A stretch of 64,000 nucleotides of DNA, taken from contig BK006938.2 of NCBI GenBank assembly GCA_000146045.2, positions 480,001-544,000 on the forward strand. Direction: 5' to 3'. Position 1 is the stretch's first letter, and the number at the start of each line of letters is the position of its first letter. The notes beneath the pieces were generated by a model that worked only from the letters and a program-made list of their open reading frames with translations, searched no databases and was not told the origin of the DNA. This stretch comes from TPA_inf: Saccharomyces. Taxonomy: Eukaryota. Both the position numbers and the translations under genes were made by a program. Positions 21,753-33,688 of the stretch are shown piece after piece.

Positions 21753-23273
21753 TTATGAACATTCAAAGATGGATCCGCCGTCGCTAACGGTGTTGTTGTT
21801 AGTTCCAAAGAACAATTTGAGGCCAACTGAATTCATTATATTTGTTTGCACAATCATGGAACTAAACTGACAATGCGAAGCCTGATTTTTTTTTACCTGA
21901 TTAACCATTGGGTATTCGAGCTTGTTCCAAAGTTTTTTTTCCTCCGTATTGTATATTTCTACTTCACCATTGTCAGTAATACACAGTAAAAACTTGTCAA
22001 ACCAAAGCAACCTTCGAGATACTCTTTTTTTGTATTTGATACGGCTCAGGTCTTGTGTTCCCAACTGGGAATAACTAGCTAGACCTTCTGGTTGCAGAAT
22101 TTCCGTAAATGGCCTCCAAACATTCAGTTTTCCATCCATGCCGACTGAACATAGCTCTGAACCCTCACTATTCCAAACAATGTCACTGCAACATCTCAGA
22201 TGGGCTTTTGATTGGTTAGAGCTGAAATAGACATCGCTTTGATCGTCATTATCATCGTTATTTATAGTCTTGAACCTATTTTTATTTCTTTTCAATTCTG
22301 AATACAGTCTGTTCCTCATTCTTAGATCCCATAATTTTACCCCACCCTCCATGTCACCACAAGCAATAATCTGTTCCCTGACGGGGTTAAATTTGCAGCA
22401 TAAAATTTCTGATTGCATTCGTGTTTGATTTCCCATTCCAAGCGCAGTTACCCCTGAATTCATGGTTCTCAGGTCAATTAATCTTGGATAGTAGTCTTCA
22501 CTTGCCACTACAAGCAAAGAACTGTCGTCGACAACGTTATTATCAATTTGATTTATTTTATACCCCAGGTTTATATCTTGAACCGCTTCAAACCTGTTTG
22601 TGTCCCATATTTTTACAGTTTTATCATTTGAGCCAGTAAAAAACATCCCATTATCAGCCTTATACCACTTCAAAGTTGTTATACCATATTTATGGTGAGA
22701 TATGGAAGCTTCTGAATCTGTTTCAGATAGTGTCTCACTAAACCCGATAGGAGAATCCGTTTTATTTGATATGTGTGATCTTTGAACTGGAACTGCAGCA
22801 CTAGACTGTCTATACATTCGATATTTGTTTCTCTGTGTTTGAAAACTGTGCACCAGTCTCATAGTGTTGTTGTCGTTTATTCGTGTTCTTTTATTTTTAT
22901 AACCCATTATTTGAGCAGGCTCATCATCTGATTGGTGAGGCTGTCGCTTGATATAGTTTAGCCTTTTATTGATCAATTCCTGTTCACCTTCATCATTGCG
23001 GTGCAATGATTCATCTAAACCCCAAATGGAAAGTGACCCATCATCTCCACCTCCTAATAACACTTGACCAGTATCATCAATATCAAGACAGTTAACACCT
23101 ATACTTAACGGTGTTTTTTCTTTTGTACTATAGTTTGATTGTTTACTAAATCTGTAGTTTTTCATATTTGATAGGGGATCTTCAAGGATCCTCTCAAATT
23201 CGCTTTGAATAGTTCTTCTATAAAATTCATTTAATGAGATATTGCCTACTCTGAACTCTAAAAATGGATCCAT
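21753..23273 (-). CDS. RAD28: WD40-repeat protein, Cockayne syndrome A homolog, 506 aa
   Basis: ATG confirmed (CAT 23271-23273); MDPFLEFRVGNISLNEFYRR...; WD repeats (..VKIWD.., ..VKLWDLR..). Confidence 0.88.
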   Translation of the reverse strand: MDPFLEFRVGNISLNEFYRRTIQSEFERILEDPLSNMKNYRFSKQSNYSTKEKTPLSIGVNCLDIDDTGQVLLGGGDDGSLSIWGLDESLHRNDEGEQELINKRLNYIKRQPHQSDDEPAQIMGYKNKRTRINDNNTMRLVHSFQTQRNKYRMYRQSSAAVPVQRSHISNKTDSPIGFSETLSETDSEASISHHKYGITTLKWYKADNGMFFTGSNDKTVKIWDTNRFEAVQDINLGYKINQIDNNVVDDSSLLVVASEDYYPRLIDLRTMNSGVTALGMGNQTRMQSEILCCKFNPVREQIIACGDMEGGVKLWDLRMRNRLYSELKRNKNRFKTINNDDNDDQSDVYFSSNQSKAHLRCCSDIVWNSEGSELCSVGMDGKLNVWRPFTEILQPEGLASYSQLGTQDLSRIKYKKRVSRRLLWFDKFLLCITDNGEVEIYNTEEKKLWNKLEYPMVNQVKKNQASHCQFSSMIVQTNIMNSVGLKLFFGTNNNTVSDGGSIFECS

Positions 23274-23497
23274 TGACCTGTACTTACGTCCCAGAACGAG
23301 AAAGAGATAAAATTTTATGTTGTCTGTGGTCTAATGGGAGATGAGATAGCGATGCTTTTAGCTGCACATCCGAGTTCGGAGTTTTTTTTTTTTCCTACGC
23401 TTAAGAAACTATTCAAAGTAAACTTGCAGGTCCCTCCCTAATATAAAGACATGTTCCTGTAAGCACCGAGCTAATAAGTTAAAGATAGGTGAAGAAG

Positions 23498-23863
23498 ATG
23501 TCTGATATTTTGGATGAGATTGTCATAGAAGATGTTGTGGCAAATTGCCCCCAGGAGTTTCTGCAATATCATAAATGCATAAGAGATAATGAGGAAAATC
23601 CTGGGAAGTGTAAAGATGGAAGAATGATATTATCTACATGCATTAGAGAAAAAGTGCCCAGTGTGAAAAGTATCATGAGCGAATGTAGTGAGCCAATGAA
23701 GAAATATGACCAATGCATTCGTGATAATATGGGTACAAGAACTATTAACGAAAACTGTCTAGGATTCTTACAGGACTTAAGGAAATGTGCGGAATTGCAG
23801 GTTAAAAATAAAAATATTAAGCCTTCAATTAATGGAGTAAACTTGGAATTAATCAAGGACTGA
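23498..23863 (+). CDS. MIX14: Mitochondrial intermembrane-space twin CX9C protein, 121 aa
   Basis: Track ORF starts at GTG 23489; true ATG at 23498 (MSDILDEIVIEDVVANCPQEFLQYHKC...); CX9C pairs visible. Confidence 0.85.
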   Translation: MSDILDEIVIEDVVANCPQEFLQYHKCIRDNEENPGKCKDGRMILSTCIREKVPSVKSIMSECSEPMKKYDQCIRDNMGTRTINENCLGFLQDLRKCAELQVKNKNIKPSINGVNLELIKD

Positions 23864-24098
23864 ATTAATAGGCTTCCTTTGTTTATTTCCGCCATTTTTA
23901 TCGTTGCATAAAGACATTATATATTCCTGTGAATATTTTTTAACTAAAATGTCCGAAGAAATTACTGTATTTAAAGTATATATATTTTCTAAAGATACTT
24001 AGGTATACCTGACGGGCAGTCCTTTTTTCATCACAGAATAATTTTCGGTAAAGGATCATTCATTTCCATAGGTAGGAGAAGTAATACTTCAAATTATT

Positions 24099-24695
24099 TC
24101 AAAACTTTGCAACGGTTTCGTAGAAAGTCTTGCCTTGAATTTCGTGTACTTGTAATTCCAAGGCGGAAGGAGATCTTGAACCGTCACTGCCTGCAATGGT
24201 ACCCGCACCCCATGGTGAACCACCGTGAACTTCATCCATATTGGTCAATTCAGCGAAAACATTCTTGTAACCCAATGGGACAAAAATGATACCGTGATGA
24301 GCCAAAGTAGACAAAGAGTTCATAATTGTGGCTTCATTACCACCACCAGTTCCGGTGGAGACGAAACAACCAGCGACCTTACCATGCAAAGCACCCTTAG
24401 CCCACAACCCACCGGTACGGTCCCAGAAAGCCTTCCATTGAGCAGGGAAGTTACCAAATCTAGTTGGAATACCAAACAAAAAGGCATCATATTCTGTCAA
24501 CGTATCTTGAGTGGCAATTGGGTAATCTGGCTTTGGAGCACCGCCAAGCGCCTTAACAACTTCTGGAGACAACGTTTCCTCGACTTGATAAATGTCTGCA
24601 GAGCCTCCAGCGGCTTCAATTCCCTTCTTTTCTGCCTCTGCGGTGGCAGCAACGTGACCATATAGTGTGTAAATGATGATAGCTACTCTTGGCAT
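24099..24695 (-). CDS. PST2: Flavodoxin-like fold NAD(P)H:quinone oxidoreductase family protein, 198 aa
   Basis: Track ORF extended upstream to a non-ATG start; true ATG is plus CAT 24693-24695 giving [31 protein letters not shown]...; WrbA/flavodoxin-like. Confidence 0.9.
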   Translation of the reverse strand: MPRVAIIIYTLYGHVAATAEAEKKGIEAAGGSADIYQVEETLSPEVVKALGGAPKPDYPIATQDTLTEYDAFLFGIPTRFGNFPAQWKAFWDRTGGLWAKGALHGKVAGCFVSTGTGGGNEATIMNSLSTLAHHGIIFVPLGYKNVFAELTNMDEVHGGSPWGAGTIAGSDGSRSPSALELQVHEIQGKTFYETVAKF

Positions 24696-25233
24696 TGTAT
24701 ATAATTGGATTCTTTTAACTAGAGAGTGGTGATGATTTATTGAATATATTATTCGACGATATTTAATTATATGAGAAAAACAGTAAAAAGAATAAGGCCA
24801 AATGCATTGATCGTTTTGCCGCTCGTTGACGTTTATATATATTTTATTGTTGTCCAGAGAGTAACTGTACTCAATTGTGGGAAAGGGGTTGCTAACGAAG
24901 CCAAGGCTTGCCAATACACTGCGCAGGTGCAGCCCCGCAGAATTATTAATTTTTTACTAAGACAGTCAAGAGACGGGTAAGCGATCGCAATGAGCGGCAA
25001 TAGGAAAAATTAATAATGAATCAGTCAGCGTCGCAAAAGCCACAAGTAAAACGATTTAAGTCCATAATGTTATCCAGGGAAACAAGCCAGGCGCACGCAC
25101 CTTAATAAGTTGGACACTCATCAAAACGCATGAGTCCCTCTGTTTCCAAGGCCAAAGAGGTGGCAGCCAATAACTATTAAGTTACGCTAGATGTTTCGAA
25201 CCACCCAGGTCACACTGTCATTATTAGTAGTAC

Positions 25234-25254
25234 ATATATATATATATATATATA
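25234..25254. repeat. (AT)10 microsatellite in the PST2-MRH1 intergenic region
   Basis: direct read. Confidence 0.9.
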
Positions 25255-25509
25255 ATTATCATTTAAAAGGAGATATATTACTGATAATCAAAATAGTAAA
25301 AACTACATCCGGAGTATGACAGTCCAACGATTATGTAGTATACTCCTTTTCACGTTTTTGCAAGAAATATTCCTTCTTCTTGCCATGATAAAAAGTTGTA
25401 TTTAGATATTATCTCGATTTAAGTGGCTCTTCTTTTATTTCTTGCTACTGGTGGTTTTTTTTGTTGTCTTTCGTCCCAAGACAGAAAAAGAAAAAGAAGA
25501 ATATAGGCA

Positions 25510-25520
25510 AAAATATAAAA
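25510..25520 (-). promoter_or_regulatory. Perfect 11/11 match to the ARS consensus sequence (TTTTATATTTT on the minus strand), inside the 3.2-kb ORF-free PST2-MRH1 interval; candidate replication origin
   Basis: WTTTAYRTTTW fully satisfied; A/T-rich surroundings; I vaguely recall an ARS near this position on chrIV, but one or two such matches per 64 kb are expected by chance. Confidence 0.3.
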
Positions 25521-28146
25521 AAACAAAACAAAAGAGGAAAGGGAAATTAAAAGAATAGCAAATGCTTTAATCACACACTTTGCGCTTCCTACAAAATTAC
25601 GGCAATGATTTTGGATGTAACACGTAAAGATAAATAGCATAGTTCGCTTTCTTTTAAAAGAATAACTCTTGTTTCATGAAAGGATTTTGGTATGGCCCCG
25701 CAAAATCATTCAATTTTTTGTCATAATATCTTCTCTTTCACGATATAGATTCACGCAAGGGCGCTCACAGCAATGCTATCTCAATTGTAGAAATCTGCGA
25801 AGCGAGCAAAAGGCGCTTAATTTTGAATGCTCCAGTCAAGGCGAAAGAGTTTTTATTGAAGATGCAAGATCTTATGCAGATGTAAGGTTAGCGGTAATGT
25901 GTACTACATGCATAATTAATAAAGAAATCTAAATTACTTCGATGTGCTCATGCTCATACACCTAATTTTGTTTTCATATTTCAATGCCTTTACAAAAAAT
26001 TGAGAACACAGAGAAGGCCTCCGATTTAGAATAGTACAAAATATCTATTTTTTTGCATTTAGGCTCCGTATAGAGTAAGCGAAGAAAACCGCCTGATTCA
26101 AGTGATTCTGCTTTTTTGGTTTACTTTCCACGCAGATTGGCTGCTCTGTTTGTTTATTTGTTTTGGGAACGCGGTATTACCTCTCATTTCTCTGAGCGAC
26201 TTTTCAACTTGGCGCGCCGACATTTGCGCTTTTTTTTACAAGTTGTCAAACTCTCGGATTATTTAAAAAAAAGGGTTTTTTGCTCTTCTTGTTCCCATCT
26301 ACGGGTTTCACGGAAAAACTACCCCGAAAAAGAAGCACAGCTTTATAAAAAGACCGTATTAATTTGCTTTATTGGGTAATAACGGGGCATTCGGGACATA
26401 CAATCATACGCTAGATGCTGCGTGTAATAATTAACATTGTAAATCCCTATCTTTTTTTTTTATATAAGTAGAGTACTTTAAAAAGAGTGGACGACTGAGT
26501 TCATATACAAGCAGACGCCCTTTCATTTAATCTCAATCTTGTTTCAGGCCGGCTTTTGTCCATAACTGCTACGCTGCGTAAAAAAAAAATAAGAGAAATT
26601 GAAAAATATGGGCGTCGTCTAAGGATGGTAACTAGCTTCATTATACTATGGGTCTTCCTTCTTTTCCAACGCTTCCACTTTGACCTCAATCTCTTCTCGA
26701 TGGCCTAAGGTAGCAAGGTTGTGTTAAAAAAAACAAATACATCAGAGCAAGACACTTTTGGGTTTATTAGGTATTATAGGTATAGGTCAATTAATTTCTT
26801 ATCTTTTGTTGAGAGGATAAGGGTAATATTAGCGACCCTTAAGTAATTTTTGTTCTGTTTTACTTCAGTTTAATAAAAGCGACTGCCGCCGACCTTACTC
26901 CCTTTTTTTTATTATGCTCCTCGAGACAAGGTCGCTTAAAAAAAAAAAAAAGCTTAGTCAGACATGCAATCAGCGCAATTTATGGAAGCTGGAAAGGGGG
27001 GCCGCATTTTATGCACTATCTCTTGAATTCAAAAAGTAATTCAGGCCAAATTAACTAAGGATGCAAATGAAGCGAGTACTGAACGAATAGTCATGTTCTG
27101 AATTTCAAGCATTCAAATTTTGCTTTTCAGCGCTGTTCATCTTAGCGCTTACCATAAAGAGGAATACGTAATTCAACAACGGAGTTGAAAAATTTTTAAA
27201 ATCGTGCCGGTGTTAGTGAGAAGAGGATGGAGGGAATTAATACTTCGATGGAAGATGCAACTTGCAAATGTAGTCCGGTTACCAAGAGACCCAAACCTCT
27301 TCCACTTTACTATTTCTCCTTTGAGAAATATATCAGTTTGCGGTAATAGGTAATATGAAAAAGGCAATAAAAAAAAGAGATACTTGTCACCATCTCGTCT
27401 CCCTTTACCTTTTTTACTTAATCTTCTTCGTCGTCATCTGTTCCATCCCTTTCCTAGCTTAGTCTTCTCCGGCTAGTTCTTAGTGCGGTGAGCAAAAAAA
27501 ATAGCGTTTTTTTTCCCTCACCAGGACTTTTTTTGTTAACCGAAAATCGGCATCTCTAGTTTTCCTGGACAAAAAAGGCAAAATGGAAATAAACACTCAT
27601 ACGAATCAGTAAAGATGTAAATAATCGCAGTAACGACTGCACAAGGATGTCAGAAAAAGCAGTTTAATTCCAGAAGTGGTTTTCCAATTTATCACACATG
27701 TACATGAAGGGAAATGTATAAATACGGTCTTCGTAAAACAAAGGATCTCTTCACCTGGTTTCTTCATTTATAAGTAGTGTCTTTTTCGGTAACTTAAGAT
27801 ATATCCTTATTTCTTTCCCACTTCTCGTTATTTCTTCTTTTTCCCTTTTCAAGTTCTTCTTTTTATTTATTATTAAGCTTATTTTAATTCTTAGATCGTT
27901 GTCACTATCTTTTGTCCTTATTGTTAAGAAACATTGCGAAGAAAAAGAATAATAAAAGAAACTCAGAAAAAAAAAAAGTTTCCTCGAACAAAAATATTAT
28001 TATTTCAATAACTTTTTCTTTCTCTACATCCAATTTTTTGACCCTATTTTAACATTAATTTTTTGCTTTAATTTTAACTAATACCTAATTTCACTTAATA
28101 TCTAATCATCTTCCTTTAACCCACAGAACAAAGAAGAAAAATAACA

Positions 28147-29109
28147 ATGTCTACCTTTGAAACTTTAATTAAAAGAGGTGGTAACGAAGCCATCAAAATT
28201 AACCCTCCAACCGGTGCGGATTTCCACATCACTAGTCGTGGTTCCGATTGGTTCTGGACATGTTTCTGTTGTTACCTATTATTTGGTTTAATTTTAACAT
28301 TCTTAATGTTCAGAAAACCAGTCAATGACAGATTCTTTTACCTTACCGGTATTGCTCCAAACTTTTTCATGTGTATCGCTTATTTCACCATGGCTTCTAA
28401 CTTAGGTTGGATTCCAGTCAAGGCTAAGTACAACCATGTCCAAACTTCTACTCAAAAAGAACATCCAGGTTACAGACAAATCTTCTACTCTAGATTCGTT
28501 GGTTGGTTCTTAGCTTTGCCATGGCCAATTATTCAAATCTGTATGCTAGCTGGTACCCCATTCTGGCAAATGGCTTTCAATGTTTGTATTACTGAATTCT
28601 TCACTGTTTGTTGGTTGATCGCTGCCTGTGTTCACTCCACTTACAAATGGGGTTACTACACCATCGGTCTAGGTGCTGCTATTGTCGTTAGTATCAGTGT
28701 TATGACCACCAGTTACAACTTGGTGAAACAAAGAGATAACGATATCAGGTTGACATTCCTTGTTTTCTTCAGCATTATTATGTTCTTGTGGATTATTGCT
28801 TACCCAACTTGTTTCGGTATTACCGATGGTGGTAACGTTTTGCAGCCAGACTCTGCCGGTATTTTCTATGGTATCATTGATCTTATTTTGATGTGTTTCA
28901 TTCCAACTTTATTGGTTCCAATTGCTAACCACTTCGGTGCTGACAAATTGGGCTACCATTTCGGACCTAGTGATGCCGAAGCAGTGATGGCTCCAAAAGC
29001 TCCAGTTGCTAGTCCAAGACCTGCTGCTACACCAAACTTGAGTAAGGACAAGAAAAAGAAGTCTAAGAAGAGCAAGAAATCTAAGAAGTCTAAGAAGTCT
29101 GAAGAATAA
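28147..29109 (+). CDS. MRH1: 7-TM plasma-membrane protein of the Mrh1/Yro2 (bacteriorhodopsin-like fold) family, 320 aa, Lys/Ser-rich C-terminal tail (KKKKSKKSKKSKKSKKSEE)
   Basis: ATG at 28147; multiple hydrophobic spans; recalled as YDR033W. Confidence 0.88.
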   Translation: MSTFETLIKRGGNEAIKINPPTGADFHITSRGSDWFWTCFCCYLLFGLILTFLMFRKPVNDRFFYLTGIAPNFFMCIAYFTMASNLGWIPVKAKYNHVQTSTQKEHPGYRQIFYSRFVGWFLALPWPIIQICMLAGTPFWQMAFNVCITEFFTVCWLIAACVHSTYKWGYYTIGLGAAIVVSISVMTTSYNLVKQRDNDIRLTFLVFFSIIMFLWIIAYPTCFGITDGGNVLQPDSAGIFYGIIDLILMCFIPTLLVPIANHFGADKLGYHFGPSDAEAVMAPKAPVASPRPAATPNLSKDKKKKSKKSKKSKKSKKSEE

Positions 29110-29736
29110 GCCAATCGTCATGTCAATTATGTGCTACTTTCTTCTTTCTTTCAATCATCTTTGAAGAATTTTCTACTTCAAGCCAATCCTATAAATGGAT
29201 AAAACTGTCTTTATTGATTATTTGACAAGATTATTTTACTCCATCTTCAACTTTTATCATATTTTATTTTATTTTCCTGACGTTTCAATATTTTCGTTCG
29301 TTAAATTATCACCATTTCTTGTCGAATTTTTATTTTCTATCATAAAGTGCAATTCTAGACTCATTTTTTAATTTAATGGATCCATTTAATCCATTTCGTC
29401 AAGCAAGTATGTTTTCATAACAATATTTTGCTCAGTGCATTTTGATCAAGAAACGTATAGTTGATGATTAGAAACGAGCTTTTTTATGCCCATCGTCATC
29501 TATATATATATTTGTATCACTTTAATAGTTATTTTAATATTTGATAACAACCTTTCTAATAGTATTGTTATGGAAGGTTTAGTGCTGGAGGAAAAAAAAG
29601 AAAGATAAAGGCACGGTGCCTGCTTTGCGCGGCATTCTCGAGAAAAATAGTTCTCGGACTTTTGACGTGCCAGTGCAATTATCCGTACACAATTTTATAT
29701 CAATCTACAGGCAAAATTATTACGTAAACAGACAAA

Positions 29737-32109
29737 CTACCATGTTAAAACGTCTTGTTCTTCTAACCTGTAATTTTGATTTTTACCATACCAGACCTTT
29801 TCCAGTCTGTTAAGATTATGTTCTGTGAGCTTTTGAAATTTTCCACCATTGATTTTATAATATCTTTTAACAATCGCTCTTGTTTCCTCGTCCATTGCAT
29901 TCAAACCTGCAATCAATACAGCAAAATTACTATAACAAGTCCTTGAATTTTGTGGCGGCGAGTCACTGTCTAAGAATTTGAAGAAAGACATGATTTTCTT
30001 GACCACTTGTTGAATGGTACTTGACTCTTTTGGCATACCTAAAAGTTTTAATAATACAATTAATAAGAAAGATAAAACTTGTGTCTGATGAGAAATATCA
30101 TACCAGCTGATGGCAACTTCTTCACCGTTCTTTAATGTCACCATATCGATGGCATTATCATGAATATTACTAATTCTAGGGTGTGACTGATTGTCTGAGG
30201 GTATAATTCCAGATTTGTCAATAAATTCGTAATCTAATTGCTTGTCAATTTCCACTAGAATTTTCTGCGTATTGAAATATGATATCTGGTCTTTGGACTT
30301 TTCGGACGAAGTTTGGGATGATAAAAGCAGATAGTCTAATTTCTTAGTGAACAAACCTTCTTCTTTAGAAAAGTAATTTTTTTCAGTTGACCTAATTGTA
30401 TTGAGTGATTTGAAAACTTCTTTAATAACAAGATCGAAATCTTCTTTATGTCCTCTTAAAAGATTAAACTCATTTAGTGGAGTCATAATATTTAAAAATT
30501 TTAACGAGTCAACATATTGGTAATCATATGGATCAAAAATTGCATCAAGGTCATTATTATCAATTAAAGATCCGCCAAATACCGTACTTATACTGGCGAA
30601 TGTTTCCATAACTTTAAACCAACATTTTGCAACGTTAAGTACTTTGGAGGAATTCCCGGCATTGATTTTTTTAAAAAGGTCAGTTACACCTTTTAAGTGA
30701 GACCTCCATTGAGAATTCATTGAATAAATACAATCCCATGCAAGCATGATGACCGTCAGGATGATAGGCTCTATCCTATTTAAAACGTTTGACTCATTCT
30801 TGAATTGTTCACCCAACAGGCTCAGGCAATGTGACAAATAAGCACAATAGTTTCGTTCATCTTCCAAGTTATTAGACTTTCTATATGCTATAGATGCTCC
30901 CGTAGCTAATATGGAAGATAAAAGATAGGCCTCGTTTTTCGCAAATGAAAGTAAGATATCTCTTAACGGGTTCCCTTGATTTTGGAAAAAGGGCGCAATA
31001 GAATCTAAGCAATCGTAGTAAAATATCTTTAGATACTTATCGTGGATTCCACCTAGTTTGAACGAGCTTAGTTTTGTGTTGAAAGTTATTACATTATTCA
31101 CCAGAAAGGATATTGGTACGCTACTGTTCACATTCGAAGCGGGCAAAAGTTCAGGTATGTCCAAATCGGGCAAATCTAATCCTTTCAGTTCTTCATTCAA
31201 TAAGTAAGAGTCATGAAGTTTCATATTAACCATATCATTCAAGTTCTGCATTAGTAAATTAACGTCATATCCATTCATTGTGGTGGTAAGGTCCAAATTT
31301 GGAATCTCTAGGGATTCTATTTCATCCAAAGGTACATTCTTGCCGTTATCTGTAATCGGTTTAGGGTCCGTGGTGTCTTCACTTAAATTTTGTCGTACTT
31401 TTTTCTTCTTCTCAGCCTTGCATGACGAATGCTGACGCTTGCGAGCATTATTATGATCATTATCGAGGCTAGTACTGTGCTTCCTAAATTCTTTTACTCT
31501 TTGAGCATTTGAGGTTCTTCTTTTCTTATTTTTTGGGTTTAAAACGTAAACGCACTGACGATTCAATCTTGCGCACTGCCAACAAGTCGGTTTAGTTTCA
31601 TCACATTTCATTCTTCGTCTCTTACACTCGGAGCACCCATTTCTGGAGTACTTCCGTTTTACTGTATTTCCCTTCTTATCCGTAACAGTTGAAGTTACAG
31701 CAGGATTAGGGGTCAACGATGAGTGTCCATTATCATCTGCCTGTGAAATAGTGGGGTGATCTGCATTTTGATCTTGCTCTGAAGTAGTGGGATGACCTGC
31801 ATTTTCATTACTGCCGTCATTACTACTTGTGGTCGATTCTACATTTTCGCCTCCTATATTCGAATTTGACGGCGAGGTCATCTGTTTATGATTAAAAATG
31901 CCACCTAAAGATCCCGCTCTAGCATTTAAAAACGATAAGGAGGGTAGATTGTTTTTTGGTTCAAAGCAACTAGTTGAAGTCCCACTATTTGTGAACGATG
32001 AACCACTGTCTAGTGAAGCTGGAGAAAGATAACTACCCGGTGGGGACAAAACCTTAGCCAGTTCTCTATCCTCTGGAGAATTTTCATCCAAATTGACAGA
32101 TTCGAACAT
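29737..32109 (-). CDS. LYS14: Zn(II)2Cys6 transcriptional activator of lysine biosynthesis genes, 790 aa
   Basis: ATG confirmed (CAT 32107-32109); Zn2Cys6 cluster CSECKRRRMKCDETKPTCWQCARLNRQC; fungal-specific TF middle domain. Confidence 0.9.
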   Translation of the reverse strand: MFESVNLDENSPEDRELAKVLSPPGSYLSPASLDSGSSFTNSGTSTSCFEPKNNLPSLSFLNARAGSLGGIFNHKQMTSPSNSNIGGENVESTTSSNDGSNENAGHPTTSEQDQNADHPTISQADDNGHSSLTPNPAVTSTVTDKKGNTVKRKYSRNGCSECKRRRMKCDETKPTCWQCARLNRQCVYVLNPKNKKRRTSNAQRVKEFRKHSTSLDNDHNNARKRQHSSCKAEKKKKVRQNLSEDTTDPKPITDNGKNVPLDEIESLEIPNLDLTTTMNGYDVNLLMQNLNDMVNMKLHDSYLLNEELKGLDLPDLDIPELLPASNVNSSVPISFLVNNVITFNTKLSSFKLGGIHDKYLKIFYYDCLDSIAPFFQNQGNPLRDILLSFAKNEAYLLSSILATGASIAYRKSNNLEDERNYCAYLSHCLSLLGEQFKNESNVLNRIEPIILTVIMLAWDCIYSMNSQWRSHLKGVTDLFKKINAGNSSKVLNVAKCWFKVMETFASISTVFGGSLIDNNDLDAIFDPYDYQYVDSLKFLNIMTPLNEFNLLRGHKEDFDLVIKEVFKSLNTIRSTEKNYFSKEEGLFTKKLDYLLLSSQTSSEKSKDQISYFNTQKILVEIDKQLDYEFIDKSGIIPSDNQSHPRISNIHDNAIDMVTLKNGEEVAISWYDISHQTQVLSFLLIVLLKLLGMPKESSTIQQVVKKIMSFFKFLDSDSPPQNSRTCYSNFAVLIAGLNAMDEETRAIVKRYYKINGGKFQKLTEHNLNRLEKVWYGKNQNYRLEEQDVLTW

Positions 32110-33043
32110 TATTGCCAGAAAACAGATCTTATACCAAAATGATGAGAGAAGGAAGAAACAGGGAGATAAGGACTAAAAAGGAAAATTTATCTAGCAACGT
32201 TCACAGCAATTCCTGTAGCTACGTGATGACCTCTGCTGGGCTTTTCTTATTCGCCTAGACTGAAGTGATGCAGAACAATAAGCATTCTAATCGGCCTATG
32301 GTTATGATTTTGAAATTCCTGAGGAAATTTTTCCACTGTCATTTCTTCCAATTGAGTCACGTCGCGTCCTCGTAGGCAATGATGTGCAACTTGAAGCGCG
32401 GAATTCACGGCTAAGAAGGTGTCGTTTTATTCATACCGTGCTGTAACGCTGTTTGGTCATCGTTTCCTTGTGTTATCAAATAAGTGAGGCCCTGTCTCTG
32501 TGATCTATACCAGCAGTCGCCTAATTTCGTAATACGTTATTGTAGACAACAATTTCTTGAAAAAGAGAGAATGTGTCTGGCTTGCAGGAAAAGAAGATGG
32601 TGACATATGCTTAGACGAGATTGTACATTCTGCATAATATAGCGAGTCAGAGCACATGTTTAGACAATATCTGATTTAAATTTCAAAATTAGGGATGTAT
32701 ATTCTAAATGTTTATGCGCTTAATACTATCGATGATTTCTGAATGGTTGCCTGTTTCAATGAATCCTTTAGAATAAAGAACATTTTTGAGCATTGTGTAA
32801 TTTATTTAGCAAGGAGTAAAAGCCAAGCGTATATTATGGTGATTTTTTTTATCATGCTTTTGAGTAACGGGTAATGACATACATTAGTGACATATGCTAG
32901 AAATTATCCTCAGATTTTAGAAGGCTACTTCAAAATGTTGATAATAACCATAAATAATATTATAATTTTTTTCTTCTTTTCCTTTTCAGGAGTAGGTAAA
33001 TATTGAGGTAATTCTTGAGTTTCAATGTTGGTAAAAGACTATA

Positions 33044-33258
33044 GCATTGGGTATACAGAGTTTACTAGAACACCTCCTCAGGGATATAGGAATCTGCACA
33101 AGGGAATTGACATTTCAAACATTTCAAGTAATATTGTTATTTTTCTTTTCATTTTATGTGTTGTCAGTCATTAACCTATCATATTATCAATCACTGCATT
33201 CAGATTCCATTAGATTTGATGGCAGTTTCTCAATCTTTATGTGCTCTTCTTACACCAT
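33044..33258 (-). repeat. Diverged, doubly truncated delta-like (Ty1/Ty2 LTR) fragment
   Basis: Alignable at roughly 75 percent with the internal portion of the adjacent LTRs (ggtatacagagtttactagaa...cttacacca); abuts the next solo delta directly. Confidence 0.6.
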
Positions 33259-33590
33259 TGAGAAATGGGTGAATGTTGAGATAATTGTTGGGATTCCATT
33301 TTTGATAAAGGCTATAATATTAGGTATATAGGGTATACTAGAAGTTCTCCTCGAGGGTCTAGGAATCCCCATAATGGAATCTATATTTCTATATACCAAT
33401 ATTAAGATTATTCCTCATTCCGTTTTATATGTTTCATTATCCTATTACATTATCAATCCTTGCACTTCAGCTTCCTCTAACTTCGATGACAGCTTCTCAT
33501 AACTTATGTCATCATCTTAACACCGTATATGATAATATATTGATAGTATAACTATTAGTTGATAGACGATAGTGGATTTTTATTCTAACA
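33259..33590 (-). repeat. Solo delta (Ty1/Ty2 LTR), 332 bp, canonical termini TGAGAAATGGGTGAAT...TTATTCTAACA
   Basis: Reverse complement reads TGTTAGAATAAAAATCCACTATCGTC...CCCATTTCTCA, matching the delta consensus end to end. Confidence 0.85.
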
Positions 33591-33688
33591 ACCATATATA
33601 ATAATATACCAGTAACACGAATAGTACTTAATAGACGATATTTATATAATAGTGTCCTTCTTCCTAAGATTATATGATGCACAAGAAA

